Shown piece after piece: positions 1-10,626 of a stretch of 64,000 nt of DNA. The notes beneath the pieces were generated by a model. That model ran no database searches. It had not been told where the DNA came from and saw nothing but the letters and a program-made list of their open reading frames with translations. Within the stretch, counting starts at the first letter, position 1. Every line of letters begins with the position of its first letter. The translations under genes were made by a program, and so were the position numbers. This DNA is from Andalucia godoyi And28 (taxonomy: Eukaryota > Protista > Jakobida): the NCBI GenBank assembly GCA_009859145.1, contig VRVR01000007.1, positions 248,001-312,000 on the forward strand, read 5' to 3'.

Positions 1-442
1 CAATCTCCACCGCCACCTTCCGGCGCTGGGCCGCCGCCAGGAAAGATCGCCAAGGCGACAACTGCGCGGCAGGTATTGACATGGGGCCATTATCAATTCC
101 AGCAGTGGCTGCTCTGCAAAAATCGCGCGAATTCGCGGGGCGGCAGGTGTCGATTGTGACTTGTGACGGAGGTGTACACGTCTAAAGCGTGCGGCCGTTG
201 CGGAGGAAATCCATCGCAAGTTGTATGGAAACAAGGTGCTTTGTTGCCCATTGTGCAAATGCACGATCGACCGCGATTGGAACGGCGCGCGCAGCATCTA
301 CATCTATCCTAGGAACGTCTCTCATGCCGAGGGGCGTGTTGGGGCCTACCCCCTTCCCAATCAATGCCATGCATTTTGTTGGGTCGCAGCATTGATTATG
401 GGTGATCAGCGATGATTATCCGTGGTTAGTGTACAATGTAGG
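1..442 (+). mobile_element. 3' part of a Fanzor2/TnpB-like element (frameshifted RuvC-II/zinc-finger/RuvC-III region plus predicted omegaRNA right end), cut by the window start
   Basis: Across frames it reads KIAKATTARQVLTWGHYQFQQWLLCK, VTEVYTSKACGRCG and KVLCCPLCKCTIDRDWNGARSIYI, the typical Fanzor2/TnpB C-terminal motifs. The right end is GTGTACAATGTAGG (429-442), and 232-442 closely matches 43136-43346. Confidence 0.88.
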
Positions 443-846
443 CGATGACTCAATGGTCACTACGCCCGCAGCCACGATGGAGCGTCTTTGGTCTTCGTGC
501 AATCAGCACTCTGCGTCGTGGATCATTGACGACCGACCACTGCAACAGTTCTCTTTCTTCTTTTTATTTCATGATACGTTGCAACAGAAAATCAGCGAGC
601 GAGAACTCACCGTTGATGGAAGAACAACACCAAACAACGACGACCAGAAATTAGGACGACGCGAAGGTAAGAAGAGAACACAGGCACGCACTTGGGAAAA
701 GAGAAACATACCCAAAGACTGAATAGCGAAATATTCCTTGTAAATACGAAAATACTGCAGCAACTCTCCATTAAGAAAAAAAGAAAAAAAGAAGCAATCT
801 GATCTCTGAAAGAAGAGTTCGCACAACCACAACCACCACTAGCAAC

Positions 847-847
<1 letters not shown>

Positions 848-880
<33 letters not shown>
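848..880. repeat. (GAC)11 microsatellite
   Basis: Direct reading of the sequence. Confidence 0.95.
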
Positions 881-882
<2 letters not shown>

Positions 883-1076
883 GATCCGCAACAAACAACC
901 CAACCACAAAAAAACGAATGCAAATGCAACTACGAATACAAATACATGATATTTCAAAAGGCAAAAACAAAAAAAAAAAAAACACAACAACAACAAACAA
1001 ATCAACCATGAAAGCTGCGCGGACGCCTTCCATGGACTCGTTGCATGGGGTGTCTTGCAGCGGAGAGAAGGCATGC

Positions 1077-1601
1077 TTACTGAGACTGTGCGTGGATCTG
1101 ACGGAAACAGTACAGGAATTCATCAAAAGAGATGAGGTTACCCTGGATCTTTGCCTCTTTGAACATTTCATCGACTTCTTCCTGAGTCAGCAAATCGCCG
1201 ACGGAAGTCAGAATGCGCCTCAAATCGACAGCAGAGACATACCCAGTGTTATCCTTGTCCAGATACTTGAATGCAGCGATGATTTCTTCGTCTGAATCAA
1301 GAGTTGCCCTCTGTTCTTCGACAAACGAGACGAACTCGTCAAACTGGATCAACCCGGTCCTACGCTCGCCGTCCACTCGCTGGACAAACCGATCCACTTG
1401 GACTTGCGTCGGCGCGCAGCCAACAGATCGCAACAGCGTCGCAAGCTCCACAGAAGAAACACAGCCATCACCGTCTCGATCAAACAGTGCAAATGCCTGC
1501 TCGAGTTCCGCAAACTCAGTCTCCGTCATTACTCGACTGCTGTGATTCGTCCCAATAGACTGTGCAGAAGAATGCAAGGATTTGTTGACGATCGTTGACA
1601 T
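1077..1601 (-). CDS. Calmodulin-like EF-hand protein (start at 1601 or 1529)
   Basis: EQAFALFDRDGDGCVSSVEL, FKYLDKDNTGYVSAVDL and calmodulin-like spacing of four EF-hand positions, two of them degenerate. Confidence 0.9.
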   Translation of the reverse strand: MSTIVNKSLHSSAQSIGTNHSSRVMTETEFAELEQAFALFDRDGDGCVSSVELATLLRSVGCAPTQVQVDRFVQRVDGERRTGLIQFDEFVSFVEEQRATLDSDEEIIAAFKYLDKDNTGYVSAVDLRRILTSVGDLLTQEEVDEMFKEAKIQGNLISFDEFLYCFRQIHAQSQ

Positions 1602-1925
1602 GACCGAGACAGATTCGTAATGTCTAGAAGCTGCAAAGAGACAGGAGGTGATGAAGGCAAGCTACGTGGAGATGAAAAAATCAAAAATGAAAATAGAAGA
1701 ATAAAAGTAAGAATAAAATAAAAAATCAAAACAGAAAAAATAATAGAATCTCGGATCGTCGATGGAGAACACCCGCGGATGGGGGAAAAAGAGAGGAAAG
1801 GGCTGTCGAGTCAAACTGCAATTTTGCAAAAAGAGCGCCCGCATTTTGATGCCGGAGGCGTACAGCTGGGATCCACATCGGGATCCTCTCACGTGAGTGC
1901 GGACATTTGGCTTTCTGCCTGTGCA

Positions 1926-2473
1926 CCTACATTATACACTGAACATGCATATCTACGAATAGACATGCATATTCAATCTTCCATCCTGTTGCCGGGGAAT
2001 GGGATAGGCCCCAACACGCCTCACGGCGTTCTTCAGATGAATGTTCCGCGCTCCGTTCTAATCTCGATCAATCTGTGAGCCGCTTTCTCAGCGTGACACG
2101 TTGTTCCTGAGAAGGGTGCATTTTGATGCTGACGGCCCTAGCAGCAGGCGTAGTGACACGTGGTCTCTTAGTAGGTCTGCGGGACCTAGGAGGCCCTGTA
2201 TCGAGCGGCGTAGGCGAATGCGTCATCCCAGTGCACTCACGCCCACATTTGAATAAAATAGTGAAACCAACGAATGATAGAATAGATGGCTACGGATGCT
2301 GCGTTAAAGAGTGTCGAAAATGCGGAGCCTGTGTCACCGGCTGAATTCTGGCCGAGCGTGCGGAAGCACGAATTCCTGTGAAACAAAGGTGCTAGTGTCG
2401 GCCAAGTATCGACCGTGTCTGTTTATTCATACTTCCGTGTGCATGACAATGACGTGTTGTTATTTCAACGGTA
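1926..2473 (-). mobile_element. Non-autonomous Fanzor2-derived mini-element, copy A (548 bp)
   Basis: Reverse complement aligns end to end with 34740-35380. The left flank ends in ACAGG and the right end is GTGTATAATGTAGG. It contains the IKMHPSQEQRVTLRK segment joined directly to the IDRD(W/*)NGARNI segment, and a 16-bp UUCG hairpin at 1940-1975. Confidence 0.88.
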
Positions 2474-2686
2474 CCTGTTTCCAGGACCCAGTAAAAATAC
2501 ATAAAGGAAGAGTTCCAGTCCAAATTTACAAGAGTTGCAGTTTCGCGATGATACGCAAGTAAATAAAGAAGAAAGGAAAGAAGGAAGAAGCAGGGATGAC
2601 CGGAGGAGGACGGTCGGATGGGAAAAATGAAAATACAAACACTGTAAGCAGTTCAAAATTAAACAACAGCAGGAATTATGAAACAT

Positions 2687-3679
2687 CTATTCAAGCAACC
2701 GGTCCTTGTACGCAAAGTAGTTCTTGGTTCTGTGTTCAGCGTACGATGCAAAGTCAAAATCAATCGACGAAAAGGAGCTCTGGACAAGCGCCCAAAGAGA
2801 CCAATACAAGTGTGCGGCAAGCGAGAATTTGAGGACTCGTTTGCGCCACAAGTCTTCGTTTTCCTGCGACCACATTCCGCGTGTTCGCAAGTATTGTCCA
2901 ATGAACAATCTTTGCACTTCTTCGGAAGGAAAGTCCTTTTCCAAGTTCTGTTCCCACCCGCAAAACTCTGCAAAGTGATTCCCAATGTCAAATTCTGCGT
3001 AGTTGTAGGACGCATACTCATAGTCGATGAACGCAACCTGCTCGGATTCGTCGTTTCCACAGAGTTCCCTGGCGAGGATGTTTCCGGGAAGCAGATCGTT
3101 GTGGCAAAAGACGATTTCCCCATGAAGTTGTGCCTCCAGAATGTCCAGTTCCCGGTCCAGATTGAACTTTTCAAAGAATTCAGGCTTGATGGATCTTGCG
3201 GTTTCCATCCATTTGCGCAGCGTTCCCATCAGCGATGCTCGTCGTTTATCTCCAGGCATATCAAGCACGTGGAACTTGGCCAGATAGGTCGCGACTCGAT
3301 GTGCAAACGCTGGCAGCTCTTCAGGAAGCAGAGATCTTCCTGGAATATACTCGTATACATACCCTCCACTAAACTTCCCATAGAAATGCGGCCCAAGCGA
3401 TCTCGCCGCAAGAGTCTGAATAAGCAGAAGCTCATAATTTCGGTCAATCAGCTTTTCTGTGTTTTGTCCGTACACTCTGCAGAGCACCGATGTCGATCCA
3501 ACCGTGCACTTGAAAAGGCGATTCGTAATCCCACCCTTGACATGCACAAGGTCAACCGGCACATCGTTGGTGGACTGATGAAGCGCAGGAACAAGATTCA
3601 TACATGCTTCCAAAACAGTCTGCCGCAACCGAAGCGAAGCTCCCTCGTCATCATGCATCGGAATGTCGTGAATAGTCAT
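2687..3679 (-). CDS. Ethanolamine/choline kinase
   Basis: KGGITNRLF, Brenner motif FCHNDLLPGNIL, FIDYEYASYN and FDIGNHFAEF; ATG at 3679 chosen as the likely start. Confidence 0.92.
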   Translation of the reverse strand: MTIHDIPMHDDEGASLRLRQTVLEACMNLVPALHQSTNDVPVDLVHVKGGITNRLFKCTVGSTSVLCRVYGQNTEKLIDRNYELLLIQTLAARSLGPHFYGKFSGGYVYEYIPGRSLLPEELPAFAHRVATYLAKFHVLDMPGDKRRASLMGTLRKWMETARSIKPEFFEKFNLDRELDILEAQLHGEIVFCHNDLLPGNILARELCGNDESEQVAFIDYEYASYNYAEFDIGNHFAEFCGWEQNLEKDFPSEEVQRLFIGQYLRTRGMWSQENEDLWRKRVLKFSLAAHLYWSLWALVQSSFSSIDFDFASYAEHRTKNYFAYKDRLLE

Positions 3680-3793
3680 TCTTTCCGTCCCTTTCCTTTC
3701 CCTCCTTCCTTTCCCTTGCTCAGCACGGCGCAAACAAGCACACACACAATGCACAGACAGACAGACCCCGACCAACCGACAGATACGTAGACA

Positions 3794-3833
3794 GAATCGA
3801 GTCGAGTCGGGTCGAATCGAGTCGAATCGAATC
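3794..3833. repeat. Eight-unit GARTC-type pentamer tandem repeat upstream of the kinase
   Basis: gaatc gagtc gagtc gggtc gaatc gagtc gaatc gaatc. Confidence 0.9.
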
Positions 3834-4073
3834 GGATTGATAGACACTCCTCAGTAAATGCACTTTTATTAAAGAACAAGTTCGCACAATGTGAGCTGTG
3901 ATGTAGGCGGTGGGCGCGTGATCGGGAATCGGAAAAATTCGAAACAGCACCAGGTAGAAGTGAGGGAGTACAAGAAAGCTTTCTTTTCATCGAATTTTGC
4001 CGGATCTTTTCCTCAACGTCTGTACAACCACGTCCTTCCTGGGCCGTCGCTTGGTTAAACACCGATCCATCTT

Positions 4074-4748
4074 TCAGGATCTTGCAGGGACATTGCGTTT
4101 CTGGTAAAGGAAGACGCAGTTGTTATACGCATCGTCCCAGAGATCGAGCATCTGATAAAGTTTCAACTTCTGTTCTTCGGTGGGTCGCAGGCGAATCTTG
4201 AATGCGCACATAGCCAGACCGGGAGGTAGCTTCTTCTCGTCATCCCGCTCACATGCCTCCGATTTGGGGTTCGACTTAGACGCCTGAGGCTTCCCCCGGA
4301 GGCTCGTCTTCTGTTTTCCACGGAAACGGTTCTTCTCGTGGATTTTATGTTTCTTGGATTTTTGGGACTTTGCTGAAGCAGCCGCGGGTTTAGGTTTCGG
4401 CTTCGCTTCGGGCTTCTTTTTTGGGAGCGGGTTTCTTTGTCTCCCTAGGAACAATCTTAAGTTTCGCCAAGTCGGCTTGGATCGTGGCAGGATCGAACAA
4501 ACGCACCATCGGTAGACTTCCCGGAGTCGATTTGATTGTGCGCACGTTGACCCAGCTGTGTTCCAGCTTTCCGGAACGAACGACTGGGGTGGGCATGTTC
4601 CGTGGGCATCTGCTGCGCAAGCAACCTTTTGCGCTCAATATCTACCCAAGGCACCGTTCGAGCGACGTCGGAAGGAGGGTCTGGGAGTCTTCCTAAGGCG
4701 CTTCTTGTCGGGTTTGCGACCTCCTGGAAGGTTGCGTTTCCGAGTCAT
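4074..4748 (-). pseudogene. Decayed N-terminal half of a Fanzor2/TnpB-like ORF (Lys/Pro-rich leader plus IS605-OrfB-type helix-turn-helix)
   Basis: AFKIRLRPTEEQKLKLYQMLDLWDDAYNNCV matches the TnpB/Fanzor N-terminal YKxRLxPTxEQ motif. It has an in-frame TAG and a frameshift relative to the ATG at 4748, and no RuvC region follows. Confidence 0.7.
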
Positions 4749-5366
4749 TTTTCTGTTGTTTTCTTGCTGTTGAGAAACATGAGGATTGTGTGTTGGGATT
4801 TCGGGAAAGATGGAAAACGAAAATCGTGGAAATGCGTACTTTTTACGTCGTGATCAATATTGACCAATATCTTTGCTCACTGTGCAGTGCCGTCACATCA
4901 GACCCATTCTCTTCCGACGCAGCCATTGCGGCCATGCAGAGTTCGGTACACAAGGACGCGCATGCTTAGATCAGCGTTTCCGTCACTTGAGACGAACGGA
5001 CATTTGGGACGTCACCAATCCTGCTTGTCCTGTCAATGAATGACGGCCATTCGTGTCAAAATACGCACGGACGCGGAGTTCGGGATTCTTTTGTCCATGA
5101 AGTGAAGAAGAAAAAACCACGATCACGCCTTCGACTCAAAGAAGAAAACGTTGGTGGATACGAAAAGGGAGGGGAAAACCAGGGTTTGCATGTTTTGCTG
5201 CTCAAGCGTTTGGGGTCAAACGATGTCTTCAAGTTATAAAATTAATTAAACACTATGCGTGGGACTCGGGACTTGCGACTCTCGACTAGCTGCGGAGACG
5301 GTGTGCCAAAAACGGACAAGGATGGTGGGGTGGAGCGATTAATTTAAACCCTCCCGGTCTCCATTG

Positions 5367-5669
5367 CTTATCTTGTACACGAAGCATGGCTGATCATTGT
5401 TGACCATTCATATGCAGTCTCGCATCGGACCGGGTACGCTACCCCCGCCCCCCTAATAATACGTTGAAGCGTTCTTCCAATAAGTGATGCGCGCAGCATC
5501 CCAATCTCGATCCAGGCGTGTCGCAGACTTCCATGTTCACAACTGTGAGCGTGCGGACTGAGGAAAGGTCATTTTTTGCTGGGTAAAGAAAAGCAACAAC
5601 CGAATAACGATGGACTGGCGTGAATGAAGAAAGGTGATGAATTGTCTGGGTGAGTGGGGTGAAGTACTA
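5367..5669 (-). mobile_element. Divergent Fanzor2-derived mini-element, copy E (left boundary tentative)
   Basis: The minus strand reads LDRDWDAARITYWKN (DRDW at 5501-5512), then TGATCAGCCATGCTT...GTGTACAAGATAAG, which resembles the right end of copy 1. The tentative left junction is GAAGG|TAGTAC at 5669. Confidence 0.6.
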
Positions 5670-5670
5670 C

Positions 5671-6132
5671 CTTCCGATCCAAACCTCTCTCCAAACATTT
5701 AGCTCGCATGCTGCGTCTCAGACAGACTTTTTTGGCGTAAAGGGACTCTCAAAATCCGCATCAGCGCCCATCCAATGAAGTTCCCCCTTTTGAGCGGGAC
5801 CTCCGTGGGTCTGCGCACCCCAAAACAGAAACAACCTATTTCCTGTTCAGAGCTCTCGAATGGATGAATTAGTGCACTCGTTGGAACCGTTTGGACCTTG
5901 GGAACCAGGGAAAAACTGGAATTTCAACGAGCTTCATTATTGCCATTCCGAGCGGATATTGGATTATTTTTTTTTGTTGTTGATTGGCAATGGTGTGCGC
6001 CACAGTGAGAGAGAGAGAGAGGCTGCGGGGGAGGAATCATCGATTACAAGGAATTGGTTGTCAATATCCGACAGTGTCTCATTGGGCCTCGACCTGCACA
6101 CCTACGCCGTGACAACAACAACAACAACAACA
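5671..6132 (+). repeat. Dispersed repeat R, copy 1, with about 270 bp of extra internal sequence and an (ACA)n tail
   Basis: 5671-5770 aligns with 35381-~35480 (roughly 80% by eye). 6041-6109 matches 35485-35553 at 65 of 69 positions. Confidence 0.85.
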
Positions 6133-6424
6133 ATCAGCAGCAGCAGTAGCAGCAGTCTGCAGAAGAAAAAGGTCGGCGTTCATTCAACAGCAATGTCGAC
6201 GGTTGTCAACTCAGCCGTGCTATCCGATGATATTCGCTGCCGTCCCACAAGACGATTTGGGTTGGAGGGCTGTAGTGTAAAGAGTGAGCAAAGACATAGG
6301 AGAATAGTACAGTGGATGTGAAGGGCTTCTTGCTTGCCACCGATCCATTCGTAACCCTGCAGTCTTTTATTGACGAACTGAATCGGTCGATCAATTCTGT
6401 GTGTTCACATTTTTGAATTCAGGG

Positions 6425-6456
<32 letters not shown>

Positions 6457-6503
6457 TCCCTCTTTTTGAAACAGAAGAAAAAACAAAAGCATCAAGCAGA
6501 ACA

Positions 6504-6791
6504 ATGGGCGAATCTGTGATGGAAGTTCCGCTTGACGTCCTGAAGCTTGCTCTTGATCAGCGAGTGCATCTGAAGCTTCGCGGCGACCGCGAACTCCGAG
6601 GAAAGCTGCATGGATTTGACCAGCATTTCAACATTATTCTGTCGGACGTGGAAGAAACCATCATCCACACAGATGTCGCAGATGCTGCATCGCTTGAAGC
6701 CACGCAGAGAAGAGAAGTCCGGAAATACGCCATGCTCTTCGTCCGAGGCGATTCAATCATTCTGGTCTCTCCACCTGTTCGAACCTTGTAA
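6504..6791 (+). CDS. LSM3: U6 snRNA-associated Sm-like protein LSm3
   Basis: PLDVLKLALDQRVHLKLRGDRELRGKLHGFDQHFNIILSDVEET ... MLFVRGDSIILVSPP. Confidence 0.95.
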   Translation: MGESVMEVPLDVLKLALDQRVHLKLRGDRELRGKLHGFDQHFNIILSDVEETIIHTDVADAASLEATQRREVRKYAMLFVRGDSIILVSPPVRTL

Positions 6792-6812
6792 AAAAAACAT
6801 TAAGTATCAATA

Positions 6813-6818
<6 letters not shown>

Positions 6819-6862
<44 letters not shown>
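6819..6862. repeat. (CA)22 microsatellite
   Basis: Direct reading of the sequence. Confidence 0.95.
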
Positions 6863-6865
<3 letters not shown>

Positions 6866-8244
6866 TCGGACAGGCTGGCAGACAAGGAATGCGAAAGAAT
6901 GAATGAAATACAGCACGACGCCCTGCACATCCCGAGACGAAACAAAACAAAACAAAAAACCAAAGACAACCACCAGTCCACGAGGCTCGCAAGCACAGTA
7001 AGGACGCATGAGTCGATAGTCACTTCTTTTCTGGATTTATGCTATTTGATACATTCTTTATAATGTAGTGCACGGACGTTTGATGTGCAATGTGCGCTGA
7101 TAAACGAAAGAGTCGCTGAGATGGAACCAAGCGCAAAGAAGACGAGGCATCGTGGCAGATGGACGCTATGCAGCTCCATTGAAACATCAACAACAAAAAA
7201 ATTCTGAACAGGACGACGAAGACGACGATGAACATCATCGATACAGGACGGACACAGCACGGTTTCGCACACAAGCCTGTGATGATTCTTGTAAGCTTGT
7301 TTGGTGCATTTCAACTACGTACCACGCATCATTGAAGAATGTGTCTTCTTTTTTTCCTTTTCCATTCTTACCGTTCTTCTCCTTCTTCTCCGATCTTCCC
7401 TTTGATTCTGACTCGTCAGACTGCGGCGCATTTGACGGGAAGCGCAACAGAGACTTTGAAAACGACAAGGCAGATGCTGACGACGGAACAGGCAGGCACA
7501 CCAAAGACGCATATGCAGAGATCGTCGATACCCCAGATTCCAAAAGAAGCGCCAGCGTCGCTTTTGACGACCCGGGATTCGACGGAATGCTCGTCAAGCC
7601 ACGCGATCGGCGCTGGATCACATCGGAAAGTGAGGAGGAGTCCATGTCGCTTCTTCTTGGTCTCCTCTTCTTGCTGCACTATCCGGGCTTGTTCCACTCT
7701 CAATCTCCCTTCCCCGACTGCTGCTCCGAAACGCACTATCCCACAATGCTTTCCTCCCCCCTTCTCTGTTCTTCCTTTTCTTTTTGTTGTGCAACGTTGC
7801 TGCTGATTCTCCTTTCTGTTTGGGTGGAGTCACACTGTCACGTGCTGGAAGCCATGGAGCCATGCGGCCACGAACAGCCCGCATCAAAAATTTGTCGGGA
7901 AAGATCAAAGGTTGCACGGCTCTTGTGTTGGAGCCCTCTTGATGCTAGAATTGCATCGGAGTGGATTTCTGCAGGAAGATCGTGTCTCCCCGTACGCACC
8001 CATCATTTTCGGGTGATTGGTGCGAGCAATCAATCTCCACTTTGTGCTGTCAGAAGCAATCCATCTCTTTCATCTTCTCAACTCCAAGGTCACCACGACA
8101 GGAAAAGGCGAGTTGGAGCAGCCAGAAAGTCAACGAATTACAAGCTGAAGAGAAAAAAATCAACTCAAAACACTCAACAATTTTCCTTCTTGTTTTGCTG
8201 AACGCCCCTCTCTTCTTCTCTCTCTGTGATTTTCCCCTCCTGGT

Positions 8245-8295
8245 TTCTTCTTCTTCTTCTTCTTCTTCTTCTTCTTCTTCTTCTTCTTCTTCTTC
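8245..8295. repeat. (TTC)n microsatellite
   Basis: Direct reading of the sequence. Confidence 0.95.
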
Positions 8296-8453
8296 TGCTT
8301 TGTTTGATCCTTCTCCCTGTCTGACCCCTTCTCTCTTGCACTTGCCCTGTCTTCTTCTCTCTTCTCTCTTCTCTCTTCTCTTGTTGTCTCTTCTCTCCAC
8401 TTTGTCCGCTGTTCTGTTTCAATTTATGGACAGTCGAATTTTATAGATCACTA

Positions 8454-10208
8454 ATGTCGTCGTCTGTTTCTGGAGTCGGTGCGCATGTCAACCACCACCA
8501 CCACCACCACAATCAGCAGCAGCAGCAGCATCACAACCACCATCATAATCACCATTCGAACAATAGAAACAACGTTTCTCTTGCACGGAACAATGGAAGT
8601 GTAAGCCATGATGATGGAGTGGCGTCGCATCATGATGTGCACAACGTTAGGACTAATAATCACGCCCACCACCACCACAGCAACAACAACAGTAGCCCCA
8701 ATCATGGCAATTCTAATACTAACAACAATGGTAATGGTAATGGTAATAACAGCAGCGTGCAGGAACCGTATCTTGATCCCGCTCTTTATGGAGATCCAGA
8801 TGCAGTGGATGATGATGCAGATCCAGAGAAGAAGAAGACAAAGTTGTGCCGCCATTATGCTCGTGGCTTTTGCCGATTTGGTACAAAATGTGCATTTGCG
8901 CACGGGGAGCCGGAGCTTCGTTTTGATATGGAGCGATCCCATTACTACAAGACCGAAATATGCCGGTTTTGGCCAGGTACATGCAAGAATGGATCTAAAT
9001 GCCGATGGGCTCATGGAGATCATGAGCTCCGGGCTCCAGAATACCATTCGGCACCGGGATCTGGATCTCCTCCCTCGCCTTCCCCGTCACCATCGCCGTC
9101 TCCGTCGCTATCTCCCGCGTCGGCAGTCTCTGGCCCCACCTCAGTGTCTTCGCCGGCTCCGATGTCGAATTCGTCAAACAAGGCAGGTAATAGCAGCACG
9201 CCTTCATTCGCGCAGCAGCAGCCGCAATCTGGCAACCAGCATTTGATTGCGTCGTCGGACTTGTCTCGCGTTCCAGCGAAGCAGGACTCCACCAACGGAA
9301 ATTCAGGACAGCAGATTTACACTCGCCAGTTGAGCAATGCAGGCAATGGGTCGTCCAACAACAGTCTCACTGCAAGCGCAGGCCAAGGTAGTGGGGCAGG
9401 CCATGGAGGCAGTGTATCGTTGATACCAAAGGTTCCGAGTGTGCCTTCAATGCGCTCTGCCTTGCACCAACCGTCACACAGCCAGAATCCGAACATGAAC
9501 CGCGGTTTCCCTAGTGCGCAAACTGCCAAGCATCATCATCACCAGCAGTCGCAGTCGCAGTCGCAGTCGCAGTCGCAGTCGCAGTCGCAGTCGCAGTCGC
9601 AGCATCAGCAGCATCAGCAGCATCAGCAACATCAGCAGCATCGCCAGCAGCATCAGCAGAATATGTACGAGGATGTTTCTGCGCGCTACAATGTGGAAGG
9701 ATCTGTCTATGGAGGGATTCCAGCGACGTCGCTGTTGGATAAACGCCACTCAGTTGCCGGTCCGCATCAGTCTCAACAACCACCACACCAGCAGCAGCAG
9801 CAAGTTTCGTTCCGTGGCGATCCTGCGTTCCACATCAATCCAAATGTGCGATCATCTGCACCCAGCCCGGTTCCGGTAGGTGGCGTGAATTCAGTTCATC
9901 CGCGTGCGTCACTGCCGAACGCACTGAACTCTCCTTGGGGAATGGGCTGGGGCGGTGGATTCATTGATTCTGCACCGGCTGGAAGCGCGCACCACCCATT
10001 CATGGAACACTCGCCAACGATGCCAATGGGCCAAGATATGTATCAACAGCAGACGCTCATGATGCGATCCACGTCTCTCGGATCGGATTTGGATAGTGCG
10101 CAGCAGCGTCGCCGTGTACCTTCGGTGACTGCATTCGTCGTCGAAGATGACTTCGAAGCCAATATTTCTCGAACTGTCAATTCTCTCAGTCTTGAAGACG
10201 ACGATTAG
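8454..10208 (+). CDS. Tandem CCCH zinc-finger RNA-binding protein (tristetraprolin-like) with H/N/Q/SQ low-complexity tracts
   Basis: KTKLCRHYARGFCRFGTKCAFAH and YKTEICRFWPGTCKNGSKCRWAH. Confidence 0.92.
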   Translation: MSSSVSGVGAHVNHHHHHHNQQQQQHHNHHHNHHSNNRNNVSLARNNGSVSHDDGVASHHDVHNVRTNNHAHHHHSNNNSSPNHGNSNTNNNGNGNGNNSSVQEPYLDPALYGDPDAVDDDADPEKKKTKLCRHYARGFCRFGTKCAFAHGEPELRFDMERSHYYKTEICRFWPGTCKNGSKCRWAHGDHELRAPEYHSAPGSGSPPSPSPSPSPSPSLSPASAVSGPTSVSSPAPMSNSSNKAGNSSTPSFAQQQPQSGNQHLIASSDLSRVPAKQDSTNGNSGQQIYTRQLSNAGNGSSNNSLTASAGQGSGAGHGGSVSLIPKVPSVPSMRSALHQPSHSQNPNMNRGFPSAQTAKHHHHQQSQSQSQSQSQSQSQSQSQHQQHQQHQQHQQHRQQHQQNMYEDVSARYNVEGSVYGGIPATSLLDKRHSVAGPHQSQQPPHQQQQQVSFRGDPAFHINPNVRSSAPSPVPVGGVNSVHPRASLPNALNSPWGMGWGGGFIDSAPAGSAHHPFMEHSPTMPMGQDMYQQQTLMMRSTSLGSDLDSAQQRRRVPSVTAFVVEDDFEANISRTVNSLSLEDDD

Positions 10209-10626
10209 ATTGCAGAGGTTTTTGATTGCTGCATTCCATAGGTGTCTTGATGTTTATGTGTCCTTCTCCTAGTTTTTTCTGTTGTCTTGCGTCTGCAAAA
10301 CACACTGATTCTGGAGTGAATGTTTGTCGTTCTGTTATTCCACCCCCCTCTCTCTTCTTGAAAAATGTCGAAATTATATCTCGTGCTGCTTGTTCTGTTT
10401 CTTTTACTAGGTGGTTTTCTTTGTGAATGTCATATTGATTTCTCTTCGTGAACACGTCTTGCCCCCGTCTTGCAATGTATGGCCCATATATATCAGGAGA
10501 CGGAAGAGAGAAACCGCAAAGCGATCTTTCCTCTTCTTCTTTTTCTTTTGTTGTTGTTGAATGTAGCGAATGAAGAAGTGAAAGGTGTTGCAAGAGATCC
10601 CAGATCATCATTTTCATATTCGTGAC

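Noticed and set aside
338-442. Pseudoknot between CCTAC (~343-348) and the terminal GTAGG in copy 1
   Set aside because: The pairing is not preserved in copies B and D, so it is not supported by covariation here.
570-1075. Possible small spliced gene left of the calmodulin-like gene
   Set aside because: A GTATGT donor near 710 is present, but no coherent product could be assembled; the ORFs are dominated by simple repeats.
1898-1915. 11-nt match ACATTTGGCTT between the flank of copy A and repeat R
   Set aside because: Too short and not extendable; treated as chance.
2678-3790. 370-aa plus-strand ORF
   Set aside because: Antisense shadow of the ethanolamine kinase; no motifs of its own.
3794-3833. 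Short tandem repeats as a CRISPR-like array
   Set aside because: Five-base units with no spacers; an ordinary microsatellite. No CRISPR array was seen anywhere in the window.
3895-3912. GTGATGTAGGCG resembling the Fanzor right end
   Set aside because: Only about 9 nt match, in the opposite orientation to the adjacent Fanzor fragment, with no hairpin or RuvC remnant upstream.
7040-8200. Several overlapping ORFs on both strands, including a 349-aa plus ORF
   Set aside because: A gene may be present (a GTAAGC donor is seen near 7291), but no frame gave a recognisable domain or a consistent splice model.
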